Both the position numbers and the translations under genes were made by a program. This document shows, piece after piece, positions 1-12,393 of a stretch of DNA of 64,000 bases. The notes under the pieces were generated by a model, which saw only the letters and a program-made list of their open reading frames with translations, searched no databases and was not told the origin of the DNA. The stretch is from the NCBI RefSeq assembly GCF_009834535.1, contig NC_045697.1, positions 114,888,001 to 114,952,000 of the forward strand, written 5' to 3'. Every line of letters begins with the position of its first letter. Position 1 is the stretch's first letter. Source of the stretch: Camelus ferus. Its lineage: Eukaryota.

Positions 1-196
1 TCTCAAAAAATAACCTCGTTAAGAATAAGAATCGTGTTATAGTTGTTAAAAAATATGAATTCAGACCTCTCAAAAATTCCTGTTGTTATTATTTAACATT
101 CTAGAAAGTTATTTAAATGATTTTTATAGACAGTGTTGTATAAAATAGCTGTGCTGGATGAAACCTACTTAAGCACCATAATTAAGATTAAGTGTC

Positions 197-970
197 TATT
201 GAGACACATAATTCTCCATGAGCATCTTATGTTCACACAGGCTGGATCTTCCAAGCAAAGGGCACTGGCAATCTTTGCAAAGATATTTGCTTATTTGTAA
301 AGACATATTCCCTTTATTAGACTATGCTGTCATGAGTAAACACATTCCGTTTATCTTTGAGACTCAGAACTTTGCTATGCATAGTCAAGGCATAGAAAAC
401 ATTCTTTGAAGACATAGACAGTGTCTCCGTCCAAGCCCGAAAGGGTGGCTTTTTCATTACACAGGCAGAGAGTGTCTCCCTCCTCAGAGACATTCCAGGA
501 GAGTGAAATACCATTCCCCTCTCTGGAATAGAATTTATTCTCTTCATTCCAGAGTAAAGATACGTTCTCTCTCTCTCTCATATAGACAGGGAAGCATCAG
601 CCCTGTCTGTACTCACCGTTTCCCAATACAGAGCTCCTTGTTCATACTTGACCCCATGGCATGTGCAAAACCATCTCATCTTCACTGAGCCACCCTCATG
701 GGAACTGATACTCAAAAAACTGACACACGATATCACTATGGCTGGTGCTATTTCTGTGAGTAGTAAGTGGTCTTTGTCTCTAACCCAAAGAATCTTCTGT
801 ACACACAGACACCCACATATGCACATACATATATGTCCATAAATATTTATAGTACATTTATGTACTTAATGCATACATACAAACACAGGCACAGATTTAT
901 AACTATGGTAGGCTAATTTGCTAGCTTAGCTTGTGAGCTTAAAATCTCAGACCCTTCAAAGTTCTAGACT
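197..970 (+). mobile_element. Old ERVL-class solo LTR (LTR40/LTR41-like), with a CA/TA-rich stretch at ~800-900
   Basis: Start ...gagacacataattctccatg and end ...ggctaatttgctagcttagcttgtgagcttaaaatctcagacccttcaaagttctagac resemble LTR40 termini as recalled. Internal 'ctgtgagtagtaagtggtctttgtctctaacccaaag' matches the polyA-signal block. Confidence 0.7.
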
Positions 971-1471
971 AACAGTATTCAGCACAGTCAGGCAAAGCCA
1001 ACTAAGCAGAACAATTAGCACAATGTTAGATGTGTTAAAATTTCCCACTTCTCTCCAGGTCTGTTGTATGACAACCATCCATATATTGTTTCTTTACTAG
1101 TCTATACTGAAGGAAATAGATACATTGAATTTGTTTTTATGACACAGAATAATGTTATATATTAGAAGGGAAGTAAAACCTCATATGCTTTACTGTCATT
1201 GAATCCAATGGTTTACAAATTTAAAACAATATTTTAAAACTTGGCTGACTGTGCTAGTATTTGAAAGACTAGAGCTACTTAAAGACTTTAGCAGAACTTA
1301 AGTCTCCTTGACTTACAGGATCTAATATAGATCAAATATAAAAATGTAAATACATCTATGATGGATTTACCTACGGCTGTAAAAATGCAAAAGAATATTG
1401 TTAACAATTTGCTTCTGAAATAATTCTGAAGAGATGAACTCATTAAATTCACAGTTGGCTATAATTTATAC

Positions 1472-1936
1472 TGTGGACAGGGTATGTTGCCTGCCCTTGC
1501 AGTAAATAACAAATGCTGTTCACCACCAAGCCGTCAGTCACTGTGGCTGCCCCCAACAGAGTGCCCCTGAGGGGCATTAAGAATGGAGAAAAAACAAGAA
1601 GCATTTAGGATAATAGTTCTATGTAGTTGAGATGTATATTTAAGGAAAATTTCAATGAATCCAAACCCTTGCATCTTCCCATACACAAAAAATCATTAAC
1701 TTGAGATGTCTGTTTTGGGGGATTAGCAGTAATCTTTGATGTTCACTACATTTTTATATTTTTTGTTCTTGATTTTTCCAGCAAAAACTCCTTGTATCCC
1801 AGATCCTTCATTACCTCTTCAGAGCAATTCCTCAGACTGATGTGAGAGGCTGCCTCCCGGGCTATAGTTCTCAGTAAGGTCCCCAAATAAAACATAACTT
1901 GTGACTTTGAGGCTATGCATTTTTCTTCAGTCAACA
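1472..1936 (+). mobile_element. ERV1-class solo LTR (3' half shared with the LTR at 8638-9126)
   Basis: TG...CA termini (tgtggacag ... cagtcaaca), AATAAA at ~1886, and flanks atac/ataa as a 4-bp TSD with 1 mismatch. The 3' half aligns to the reverse complement of 8638-8790. Confidence 0.8.
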
Positions 1937-2032
1937 ATAATGATCACAGAGTAGCAGAACTTGAAAACTTTTGCAAAGTGAGAAAATAGGAGCAGAGTTA
2001 TTTTTAAATATAATGTATTTTATAAACATAAT

Positions 2033-2653
2033 GTCTCCTGGATAGAATTGTTCATTTGATACAGTTCCACATCTTGTGTCATTACCATTTCAGTGAATAT
2101 ATGTTACCTACTAACTTCCAGGTCATTATTCATACATTTGTGTGGGGTAAGCCCTGACAAGTGTTTTTGTTTCTTTCTTTTTTGTAATGTAAGTGCCTGA
2201 CCTAGGTTTGTGCTGTGGCATCCACTTCAAAGACGGCTATCTCTAACACATTGCCAGCTGCAGACATAAAGAACCAGGTCATCTCCTTCCACTGAGGCTA
2301 CTTTGTTTTAGAGATCTTGATTGAGTTCAAAAACTGACCATTAGACTACTTGCGGTCTTTTTTCCCCCACACTTTAAATTCCTGCTCTTCTGTTGTAAAT
2401 TCAGTAAAAAAGCCCACTAAGCCCTAGGGCTGGCCCCACCCTCCATCCCAATAAAGCACAACCCCTCTTGCACCCTCTCTGCCCATTACCTTGCTGTGTG
2501 GCTCCAGGTGTGCTGTGTAATTTCTAGGTCTTGTAAGTGGTAAACTTATTTTTTTACAAGTTTCCTGATTTTTGCTGAAGGGAGTCTTGCCATCACAATA
2601 AGAACCACAAAGGTTGATACAACCACAACATTGGTTATTAATAGGATGAGACA
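2033..2653 (+). mobile_element. Probable old LTR (family uncertain)
   Basis: TG...CA-bounded, GC-richer segment with LTR-like U3/R features (cccaataaagc; tgtaagtggtaaactt). It is heavily decayed. Confidence 0.4.
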
Positions 2654-2890
2654 TGGTAGGGTGGCAGGTGGAGGGGTAAACTGGGAGTTTGGGATGTACA
2701 GATATGCACTAGTATATATAAAATAAATAAACAATAAGATCCTACTCTATAGCATAGGGAACTATAGTCAATATCCTATAATAACTTAAAATGAAAATGA
2801 ATATATATATATGTATATATATATGAAACACTGTGCAATACACCAAAACTTAACACAACATTGTAAACCGACTATAGGTTAATTAAAAAA
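2654..2890 (+). mobile_element. 5'-truncated L1 (3' UTR only), cetartiodactyl type
   Basis: L1 3'UTR motifs (gggagtttgggat...atagcatagggaacta...acattgtaaaccgactata) and a short A tail. Perfect 14-bp TSD aataggatgagaca at 2640-2653 and 2891-2904. Confidence 0.92.
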
Positions 2891-2924
2891 AATAGGATGA
2901 GACAATCACAAAACATTTTAAGAC

Positions 2925-3002
2925 TATATATATATATATACACACATACATACACATTATATACACATGCACACATATTTTATATATATATGTGTATATA
3001 TA

Positions 3003-3050
<48 letters not shown>

Positions 3051-3084
3051 TATATATACACACACACACATGCACATATACACA
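2925..3084. repeat. Compound (TA)n/(CA)n/(TG)n microsatellite
   Basis: Directly visible alternating purine-pyrimidine runs. Confidence 0.95.
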
Positions 3085-5208
3085 TTTTTGGGGTGGGGGG
3101 ACCTAGGCCTGGGACATTGTGTAGGTCCTTGTAAGCACTATGTCCATTTCACCCAATGAATTTAACAGAAAAAAAACAAAAAAACCCAGCATAACAGCAT
3201 ATCTCTGCCTAGAACCACACTTAGAATCTTGGTTTACTTAAAAGATTGTCAGGAAAATTCTGTGTTCATAAGACAAACCTAGATTGCTTTATTCATTATT
3301 ATTCTCTGATGGCACGTGGATTTGTGTAAGTCACTCCTTGAGGGCACTGTAGTTATCATTCCTTTCCAGAGATTATTTCAATTGATAAAACTTGGGATTC
3401 TGATTTTTCACTTCTAACGTTCCAAGAGAATTTCAACTCTGTATGTTTTATTCTGTTTTTATTTTATTAAAAGAGTAGAACATGATTCACACACAAAAGG
3501 GAGACTCTAATTACTTGGGATCACACTGAGGAAACCAGAACAATTTTATCAGAGATTTTGAGAGAAAAGGCAGAGGACCTGAAGATTTATGAGATAGACT
3601 CAAATTACCTAAATAGCCAGCACTACAATGTGAGGAATTATTGGAAACATACACCCTTCTCAGCAAACATGATACCACTTTAGGAATGGGGTTAGCTAAA
3701 TACTTTCTGATTTTCAAGGATGCTTTAGTTTGAAACATGAATTTTTAAAATGATGACAATTACAAAAATATCTTTAATTGTTTTAATTTTGCACTTTGCC
3801 CAATTAATTAAGAGTATTTTTTTTTAACTCTCCATCTAGGTAGTTTAAAGGATCTATATAAAACATAAATTGGAAAAATAAAAATTGCATTTACTTTTTT
3901 TGTAGAATGCTACAATTTTAAATCAATTTTTTTCTGATTTTTAAATGAAAGCGATGTGACAATATCTTTAATTTACAGAAAGCCCTTGCACCTTGAATAG
4001 AAAATCAAAAAGTTAGTTGCCTTAGAAACTAAAAAATTTCATATCACACTCAATACATTATTAACCCAGTATCACGTGGCTGTGATATCACACTTAGAAA
4101 AAAGGCATTGATTGTATGATTGTGATCTTTTTTATGTAGGTTTATTTAAAGTATTTTAACTTATAATTACATAGTCTTTGAAATGCACTTGATATCCCCT
4201 TGTCCCTCCTACTAGAAGTTACTTGTTTAGAATGTCATATGTTCTTATTCATATTATTATTGTATTTGTGTGATTGAACTACAATTCTTCCATGTGGAAT
4301 TCTTTTGCACCTCTCTCCTAGAGCTATTTTTTTTAATTTTTCTGAAATAATTTTTTTAAATGTCTGATTGTATTACATGACACACAGTTCCTACCATTAT
4401 CTTTTATCATGCTGCATTTGACATTTAATGTACATAGTAATTTTAAACACTAAGAAGACAAATTGTACCTTGACTTCTTATTGGTCATCAGAATTAGTTG
4501 GGATGAATTGTAGAAGTTAGTGACATAATACCTCAAATTTAGAATAATTTAGGATAATCAGAAGGTAAGTATTAACTACCAATTCTCTGGCATTGTTTTA
4601 TTGCTTTTTGGTTTTTTTTAAGGTAGATTGGTACTGGATTGAAGTCCTTGTTTTAATTTTTGGATACTACTCTTATCATTACTGTTGCAACATTGGAATT
4701 ATTTAATACTCCGTGAATAGATTCTGGCACACTTCATGTTACTGTGCTTTGCTGTATTGAACTTTGTAGATATTGCAATTTTTACAAATTAAAGGCTTGT
4801 GGCAATTTGACATCAAGCAAGTTTATCAGTGACAATTTTCCAACAGCATTTGCTTACTACATATCTCTGTGTTACATATATTTCAAATTGTTTTTATTAT
4901 TGTTATATTTGTTATGAGGATCTGTGATCAGTGATCTTTGATGTCATTACCATGACTTTCTGAAGGCTCACATGATAGCATATTTTAGCAATAAATTATT
5001 TTTAAATAAAAGAATGTATTTGTCTTTAGATAATGCTACTGAACACTGTAAAAATTACTAAATAGAAACCTTAGTATAATTGGGAGACCAGAATGGGGAG
5101 CTCACGGGCCCTGTGACAATAACAGAGCCCAATGGGAAGAAGGAAGCCTTCTCTTCTTTCCTGGTGAGGACTCAGCCAGTGAAAAGCCATGGACTCTGCA
5201 TTTCCTAG

Positions 5209-5863
5209 TGTTAGAGCAAGCAGATACTAGATATGAGCAGAGAAAGGGGGACACAGGCCAAATGGCAGGAATTGTGCAGAAAGGAGGGCACAGGCCATAT
5301 ACAGGAAACCCTACATCATATAAGCACCAGGGGTCCCTGGGCAGAGAAAGAAAAGCAGGAATCTCTGTGCTGATAAGCGGCCACAACTTTTGGGTTGATG
5401 AGCGGCCTGGAAGTTGACAAACAAAGGTGGAAAAAGGTAGGAATCTCCAATGTTTGAATGTAACCTTTTGCTCATCATGCCCTCATTTCAATAAAATTAG
5501 CCTTGCAGGTTAGAAGTACCCATCATACATTGACGCCATGACTCTTCCAATCCAGACTAAATAAGGACAAAAATCCCTCCTCCCTTCAGGACGATGGAGC
5601 TGGGGTGAACATCAGAGTATGTGACCCCAAACCCTTCCCTCCCCAGTGAATATTCCACCATTTATTTTTTACACCCTCTGTAACCATCTTGCCAAAGAAA
5701 CTGAGGGCAGCTGCTCAGCTGAGCCTGGCTGCTCTCCCTTTGAGAGTGTGCTATCCATCCCTTAATAAATCCTCACTTCACTGTCTTAACCTCCATGTCT
5801 CATTTCTGAATTCTTTCTGGGACGGGACAAGAACCTGGACACCAGATGCATCTGCCCGCAACC
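5209..5863 (+). mobile_element. Solo LTR inserted in the proviral 5' LTR (same family as 30441-31089 and 55741-56330)
   Basis: Begins tgttagagcaagcagatactagatatgagcagag like the other two copies, with AATAAA at ~5764. Flanks are ctag/ctaa, and the host LTR resumes in register with the 3' LTR. Confidence 0.85.
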
Positions 5864-6044
5864 CTAAAGCCTTCCCAACATCTTTCCCTCCCTATTAAAA
5901 GCATTCTCCTTTGCTTGCTGTTCAGGGACTTGCATGTGGCTCACCATGTCCACAGACCCTGAACTGCAATTTTCTGCTGATCCCGAATGAACCCACTTTT
6001 GCTGGAGAAGTATCCACCAGCCTATTTGTTTTGTGTCACCATTT

Positions 6045-6062
6045 TGGTGGCCTCCACAGGGA
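6045..6062 (+). other. Degenerate primer-binding site, best matching tRNA-Ile
   Basis: tggtggcctccacaggga versus TGGTGGCCCGTACGGGGA (complement of the tRNA-Ile(AAU) 3' end as recalled): 14/18 identity, starting 4 nt after the LTR end. Confidence 0.6.
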
Positions 6063-6613
6063 CCAGAGAAGACATCCAATGGCTTCAGGACTGGTCAGCA
6101 AACAGATGCAATACCCACAATTGTCACTTCGTCACTCACTCTTTTCAGGGTGACCTTGGAATCTGAAGGTCAATCTTTCTCCTGGACCTGAGCTCTCATT
6201 CTGTTGCATTTAAAGCTCTCCAGGCTTTACCCAGGATCTATTCAAAGCTTTTGTTTTTCTGGTTAAAACCTTGTTCTCGATGTGAGTACCCTTTTGACAC
6301 TTTGGTCTGATCTTGAGATAACGACTGTTTCAACCAAAGCTCAGTGAAATTGCCTTTGTCTCAATTCCTTTGGGAGGGTCTGCTTCAACTGAAACTATGC
6401 TAGGTTTTCAGCCTTTGGCCTCTTCCTTTGGAAGGAATATTCTCCTCTGGAGACTGGCTTTAAAAAGGCCTTCAGCCTGGCTTTTCTGGGATCAACTTGT
6501 CTTCTTCAGTCTGGTTGGAATTGGCTTGCAAGCTGTTTGAATTTGAGCCATTCATTGCCGGAAGCTCTTTGCGCTGTTTGAAAATTGTTTTTTAGAGGAA
6601 AAATCTCTAGGAG

Positions 6614-7960
6614 ATGGGAGCCCAGTTACCTAAGAATTTTGAGGGCACCCCCTCCTATAGGAACAACAACAATTTTATTTTTAAAGCCATGGTCCTTCCT
6701 CATACTCATTTCTAACCAAATGTGAAATACAGCAAGACCCTGTGGGGGCCCTCTTGGGTATAAATCTTCCGTGTCCCTCCCTTCTTGTTTGTAAGAAATA
6801 AGCTTCAGGCGGCCTCCTTGACCTTCCCTGAGTTCCAAAGCGCAGGTTTAAACAGTTGCTAATCAGAGAAGGGAAGGAATATAGAAACAAAGGAGGAGCA
6901 GTCAAGAAACAACAGTGCAGCCTCCTCGGGGCAGGGTCCTGGTTCTCCCTCGAGGAATTACACTTAGCACTATCTCTGAGTTCTTCCCCAGGATCTGAGG
7001 CCCCCTACCCAGGTGGAGGTTGGCAACTTCAGGCAGAGCACAAGATTCCTGGACCGCCACCCTGTCACCTCCCCCCCCCACTGACCAATCAGGACAAAGT
7101 CACACAACCTGCAGCCATCACCCCAAATTTTGCCTTTAATTCTCCTTGAAAACCATCAGAGAGTTTGGGGTTTTGGGGCACAAGCCACCCATTCTAATTG
7201 CTTGGCCTCACAATAAACCTTTCTCTGCTCCCAGCTCTGATGTTTCAGCTTGCTTGGCTTCACGGTGCCTCAGGCCCACAAACTTGTGTTCAGCAACAAA
7301 TAGATGGACTCGATAGAAGGCAATTTAGAATATCAATGGCCCTAATGGGGATCTTTTTAAAATCCCCAAATTAATTGCTTTAAAATTGAAATGGACTACA
7401 ATAGCTCAAAGATTTCCAGATCTTGAGTGGAATGCTTATTTTGAATCTTCCCAATGTTATCAGGAGACTCTGCAAAATAAGATTTTAAGATTAACTGAGT
7501 CAAACAAATGATTAAAAGAAGACAAAATGATGTTAGAAGCCTCAGGCGCCTCCTCCTGGACTTCCTGGTCTCAGACGCCACCGCTGGCACCATCTTTTCC
7601 TTCCCTTCTGGGCCGCCTCTGCATCTCCTATACTGTCAAGTCCCACCTGCTAATTCTCTTACCAAACTTACCCTTTTCTCTGAAATGCTCCCCACTCCCT
7701 TTTCTCCCGACTTGTCAGAATCTGTCCCTTTAAAATTAAGTCTTTTGAGGGTCCAGGGGCTAAACCTTTAATTTCTCATTCTCCCTGGACTAAAGCTGAA
7801 TTGTGAGCCATAGCTAAAGATGTTCCCAAAGTAAACAAATATCCTCAGATGTGCTGAGAAATTTAATATAGTCATTTAAACTTACCAACCTGGCTTCTAT
7901 GACTTACATCAGTGAGTTCCTAAAGGTCAGGTCCAGCATTGGGTGAAAACCACTCACTGG
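6614..7960 (+). pseudogene. Decayed ERV gag remnant (stops and frameshifts, split by an LTR)
   Basis: ATG GGA (M-G, myristoylation-type start) at 6614. Fragments read NLEYQWP*WGS (~7320) and PWTKAEL*AIAKDVPKV...EKFNIVI*TYQPGFYDLHQ (~7783-7912), resembling class-I gag MA/CA. No pol or env was seen. Confidence 0.7.
6723..7298 (+). mobile_element. Solo LTR inserted in the gag remnant
   Basis: tgaaatacagcaagacc ... ttcagcaaca, AATAAA at ~7212, TSD aatg/aata. The 5' part is homologous to the reverse complement of 29480-29759. Confidence 0.85.
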
Positions 7961-8637
7961 GGGAAGTCCTGGCAGGTCTCTAGAATTACCCCTGGGGGAC
8001 CACACCTAACTTATTGCAGGGTCGGGCTCAGGCCATTCCTCCGTGACCTCATCAGGCCATTCCTAGGGCTAGGATGGGTCTTTCCTGACACTGAGGGACA
8101 AAAAGCTGCTGAAATTAGAGAACATGCCTCTTGATCAGTGATGATTTCAGAGAAAGACCTTGATCAAAAGGAGCAAATGGAGAACACCTATAAACAGAAA
8201 CCTCAAGTAAATAGAGTTGGGAGACCAGAATGGGGAGTTCTCATGCCCTGTGATGATGCAGAGCCCAACAGGAAGGAGAAAGACCCCTCTTCTATCCGGG
8301 CAAGGACTCAGCCAGTGGAAATCCATGTACTCTTTGTTCATGATGGCCCTCCCAACTTCCCTTCCCCTCTGCAAAGGCATCCGCCTTCCCTTGCCGGGTA
8401 GAGATCTGCACGGGGCTCACCAAGGTTAGACCCTGGATTGCAATTCTCTGTTGATTCTAAATAAACCCATCTTTGCTGGAGAAATATCTGGTAGTCTATT
8501 TGTTTAAGATCAACAACATTTAATAGGTATAGTATATTGTAAACATAACTTTTATATATAGCAGGAAACCAAAAAAATCGTGTGACTTTATTGTGATATC
8601 CACTTTATTGTGGTGGCTTGGAACTGAACTTGCAGCA

Positions 8638-9126
8638 TGTCGACTGAAATAAATGCACAGCCTAAAAGTTAGAAGTTATGTTTTATTTGGCGGGAGGACT
8701 TGAGCCGGGATGACAGCCCCTCAGATGGCTCTGAGGCACTGCTCCAAAGAGGTAGGGGAGGAGCCAGGATCTATAGGAGCTTTACAACAAAGACCAGGTA
8801 GTTGGAACATTAAAAGATTACTTGTTATCTAAAGAAAACCAGGCATCTCAAGTTAAAGAATTTAGTGCTTTTCTACATATGGGAGGAAGCAAACATTTGG
8901 GCTCATTAAATTCATCCCTTTGACAAGCACCTAGCTATCTAGGGCCAGTATCCTGTCCTTTCTTATTCTGAGTCCCCTCAGGGTGCACAACTGTGAGTGG
9001 CTGCAGAGGCGGGGCTGCAGGCCTGTCCTCACTGGGGGTGGTGGCAGCTGGTGATGCTGGCAGCTGGTGATGCCTTGGTTTCAGCATTTTTTATTTACTT
9101 TTGTGGTTGCAGTATTTTCGTTCACA
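8638..9126 (-). mobile_element. ERV1-class solo LTR inserted in the Tigger right end
   Basis: tgtcgactgaa...gttcaca termini and a perfect TSD agca (8634-8637, 9127-9130). The polyA signal appears as tttatt at ~8682. A 15-bp internal duplication ggcagctggtgatgc is present. Confidence 0.92.
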
Positions 9127-9329
9127 AGCATCCCAGAGGTATGCTTGCATTATAGCAGTTACATTATACTTAGTGATTTCAAAAGATTTCATCTCATTGG
9201 TATTATTAATAATAATAACCAAATGAAAGGAATTAGGTAGACTTTTTTTTTTTCTTGTTTTGGAAGGGCAAAGTTGGCAAAAACATTTTTAAGTTGCAAC
9301 AAATGTTTTTACCATGTAGTTTATGCTTC

Positions 9330-9450
9330 TTTACTGAGTTGTAATTTACATAAAATAAAATTAAACCATTCCAAGTATACTTTGAATACATTTACATAAT
9401 TACTCATATTTACAATCAAGTGTAAAATAATTTCATCACCCCAAGAATTA
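9330..9450 (-). mobile_element. Old L1M 3'-end fragment
   Basis: tttactgagttgtaatttacataaaataaaa...taatttcatcaccccaagaa resembles the L1MB/ME terminus in antisense. Confidence 0.55.
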
Positions 9451-10450
9451 TTTTTATAGTGCAGACTGAGCTCTCCATTAGTGTGTATTTATAGGTGTGT
9501 TCACAATGATTTGCTTCCAAGCAAAATCTAGAACCTTATGGCATTCTGTTTGTTTATTTGTTTCAGAAAACTACTCAAAGAGTAACAATGTTAGAACCAT
9601 CTGTAAGGCTCTATAATTCCTCTTAAATTTTTCTTTGAGGAACATTTTGAGTGTATAGAAATATTTTTTGTCCCTGCAAAATAGAGGATTCCTGCATTAA
9701 TTTTGTTAAGAACTGGCGATTCTTGGCTAAGAATAACCTTGGGAAATTCACCTACTTCTGTAGAGATTGTGAAAGATCTCCAGAGAGATTTATCTAACTC
9801 AAAAGTATGTGTATACATTGCAAGGGAAAATGAAGACCAGTGCCAGGGAGATATTACTGGGTTGTAAATTTCTGAAACACCGAGACTGATCTGGTCCTTG
9901 GAGCATTTATTTACACAGCATATAGTTAGTGTGCGGACTCAGAATCCTTTTCATTTTGTCTCCAAATAGCAAAAGGTTTTTCAGCCTCTAAAGGAGGTAA
10001 GGGTTATCAGCTGCATTGTTTTAATGTATATAAGCAGAGAAAATCAATTTTTTTTTCTATTCCTCATCTATAATACAGATTTAGAATTTGTATGTTTGAG
10101 ACATTTAGGGTTTTATTGCAATACCCCAGTTGTTGGAATTGTTCTGTGGGGAACCCCGAGCATATTATTTGATCTTTAAGTAAACAATAATAACGTTTTC
10201 ATGATTCCAAAACCTTATGTATATTTGAAGAGTATTTAAATAAATATTTAAATATTATTTAGATTATTTAAATAGTCTATGGATGATTTAAATCATTTAA
10301 GGTGATTATTAAAAAACCCAAATATGTCAAAATTCAAAAGTCCACTTGAAGGAAGGCATATGGAATTTTCTATCATCATATATAATGTATCATTTCCTAT
10401 TTGTTGCATAATTTTGTGGGAAACCATAAATTTAAAAATACATTTGAATG

Positions 10451-11042
10451 TGAAGGAAGATTAATCAAATGGCCACATTTAGGCTAACAGATTGCTTATT
10501 CTTATGCTTGCCCTTTAAACGGTCAACTGACCTGACTGACTGGTTGCTATTCACAGCTCCAGGCCCTGTACTTAAAATAAAGCTATTCATTTTACTGTTT
10601 CTGTTTTATTCCAGTAATCAAAAGTAATAATCATGCTTGGTTTCTGAGTTGTTCTCCAGGGAGGAAGTCACAGAATTGTAACCTTACAAAATAGGCTAAA
10701 TACCAAGAAGACCACACCTTGGGTGCTTAGAGGTAAAGAGATAAAAAAACAAAGTGACAACAGCTAGCTTCTATAGAATTGGTCACCTGGAGGCATCATG
10801 ACACCACTTTAGTCTTATGATGAGAAAATGATTCTGTTGATTATTTATTATTTGAGCTACAGCTCTATAATCACCCTACCCCGTCCCCAAAGGGGGTTCA
10901 CAGTTTTGAAGGCACCAGCCTTTTGTGAGTCCCCTTTGCCCTGCAAAGTAATAAAGCTGTCTCTTTTCTTCTAAGCTCCAAGACCCAGTCTCTGAGTTTC
11001 AATTTGGCTAGTCAGGGACAGGGGCCAACCTTTTGACAAAAA
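10451..11042 (+). mobile_element. ERV1-class solo LTR (same family as 51294-51906)
   Basis: Shares 'gggttcacagttttgaaggcac..gcc...tgtgagtcccctt...aataaagctg' with 51760-51900. TSD aatg at 10447-10450 and 11043-11046. Confidence 0.85.
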
Positions 11043-11054
11043 AATGGACTTGTT

Positions 11055-12050
11055 CTGTTCCAGTGATGAAAAGTGATTGACATCAGACTGCTCTTAATTC
11101 TCTAAAAATCATCAATCTGGACAAAATAAATGAGATAAAAATATGAGATAAATGCTTTTCAGCATTTGGTAAAACTGATTACAGGAAGAAAACTCACGAT
11201 GCACATCACCGCCCAGATTTGACCCCAGCTCTTGGTCCAAGTTCTGTTTCTGAACCGGTGGGGCAAGCTCAAGTCCAAGTAGACCGTGGTGGTCCCTCTG
11301 AGCTGAGGAGGTGCAAATCAGAGTTCAGGGCAGATGAAGTGTCTGAACTCAGCAGATTAGAGCACAGGAGAGGAGGATGTTTCCCAGACAGAAACCCCAG
11401 ATCTTTTTGTGGAGATTCCCTGAGATCCCTTAGCCAAGAACCTGGCAGTGCATGCTCAGAGCATCTTCATACGAGAATTACCAGAAGAAAGTTTCCATGG
11501 GATAGAAAATATGAGAGACACTAGATGTTAAGAACTGCTGTGGAAATGTTGGATTTCCAGATAAGTTATGATGTATATATTACCACCCCTTAACATTCAA
11601 CCCTGACAACAGAAAGCCTGTACTTTAGCAGCAAAGGCTGTTTCTCAGGTCTTGAATGGACTATTATCTTAAGAACACCTAAAAGCAAACCCTGCAAAAC
11701 CAACAGGGAAGACAAAATTGAAGGTCATGTCTACTGTGTGAGAGAGACATGGACAACCCCTTGGATTTTTCCCAGATATGCACAAGAAGAACTGAAAAAC
11801 AAGTTGCCCAAGTTCAAGTAAAATATAACAATTCTGGGGATCTTCCACGTATCATCAACACTGTCTTTCCCAAAGTAAAAACTATTCAACATGGGAAAAA
11901 AGCAGGATAATGTGACAGAACCAAATCATTTATCCCAGATGACTCTGATGTTGGATACAGGAGACAGATGTAAAATAAATAGCTTTGAATGTTTTCAATT
12001 TACTAGTGAAAAATATGATTAAAGAAAAAGGTAAATATAAAAAAGATAAA
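11055..12050 (+). mobile_element. Old L1M 5'UTR/ORF1-start-like fragment
   Basis: Resembles ancient L1M 5' regions (ctggacaaaataaatgaga...ttttcagcatttgg; later cagatgactctgatgttgga...aaaataaatagct). Strongly decayed. Confidence 0.45.
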
Positions 12051-12074
12051 GGAAACCATGAATAATTGATAAAC

Positions 12075-12393
12075 AGACCAACATTGAATGATAAATATTA
12101 TACTGGGAAAAAAACAAACTTAAAATAGTGCATACTATATTATTTCATTATATAAAGTTGTAGAATGGATAGCACTAATCTATTGTTAAAAATTACATCA
12201 GTGGTCACTGGTACCAAGGTGGGAGAGATTCATTGTAAAGGGGAACCAGGAGGCTGGCTGAGGTGATTGAAGGAAACATTCTGCATCTCTGTTAAGGTGA
12301 TGGTTACATCAGTGTATGTATTTGTCAAATGTCACTGAATTGGGCACTTACAATACTAGCATTTTAATTTATGCAATATGTACCTTAATAAAC
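12075..12393 (+). mobile_element. Old L1 (L1MD/ME-like) 3' end
   Basis: catactatattatttcattatataaagtt...ggtgatggttacatcagtgtatgtatttgtcaaa...gtaccttaataaac. Confidence 0.75.

Larger units (their letters stand above)
5047..8515 (+). mobile_element. Internally deleted class-I (ERV1, MER4-group-like) provirus: 5' LTR 5047-6041, 3' LTR 8178-8515
   Basis: Two homologous LTRs of about 340 bp once the insert in the 5' copy is removed. A PBS follows the 5' LTR and a purine tract (aaaaggagcaaa) precedes the 3' LTR. TSD is acac (5043-5046) / acat (8516-8519). Confidence 0.9.
4724..9147 (+). mobile_element. Non-autonomous Tigger1 derivative (Tigger1a_Art-like, TcMar), split into 4724-5046, 8520-8637 and 9131-9147
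   Basis: 5' end ctggcacacttc...tttacaaattaaaggcttgtggcaa matches the Tigger1 left end. The right-end sequence (...taatgctactgaacac | ttaataggtatagtatattgtaaacataac...gaactgaacttgcagca | tcccagaggtatgcttg) is continuous once two LTR insertions are removed. Confidence 0.88.
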
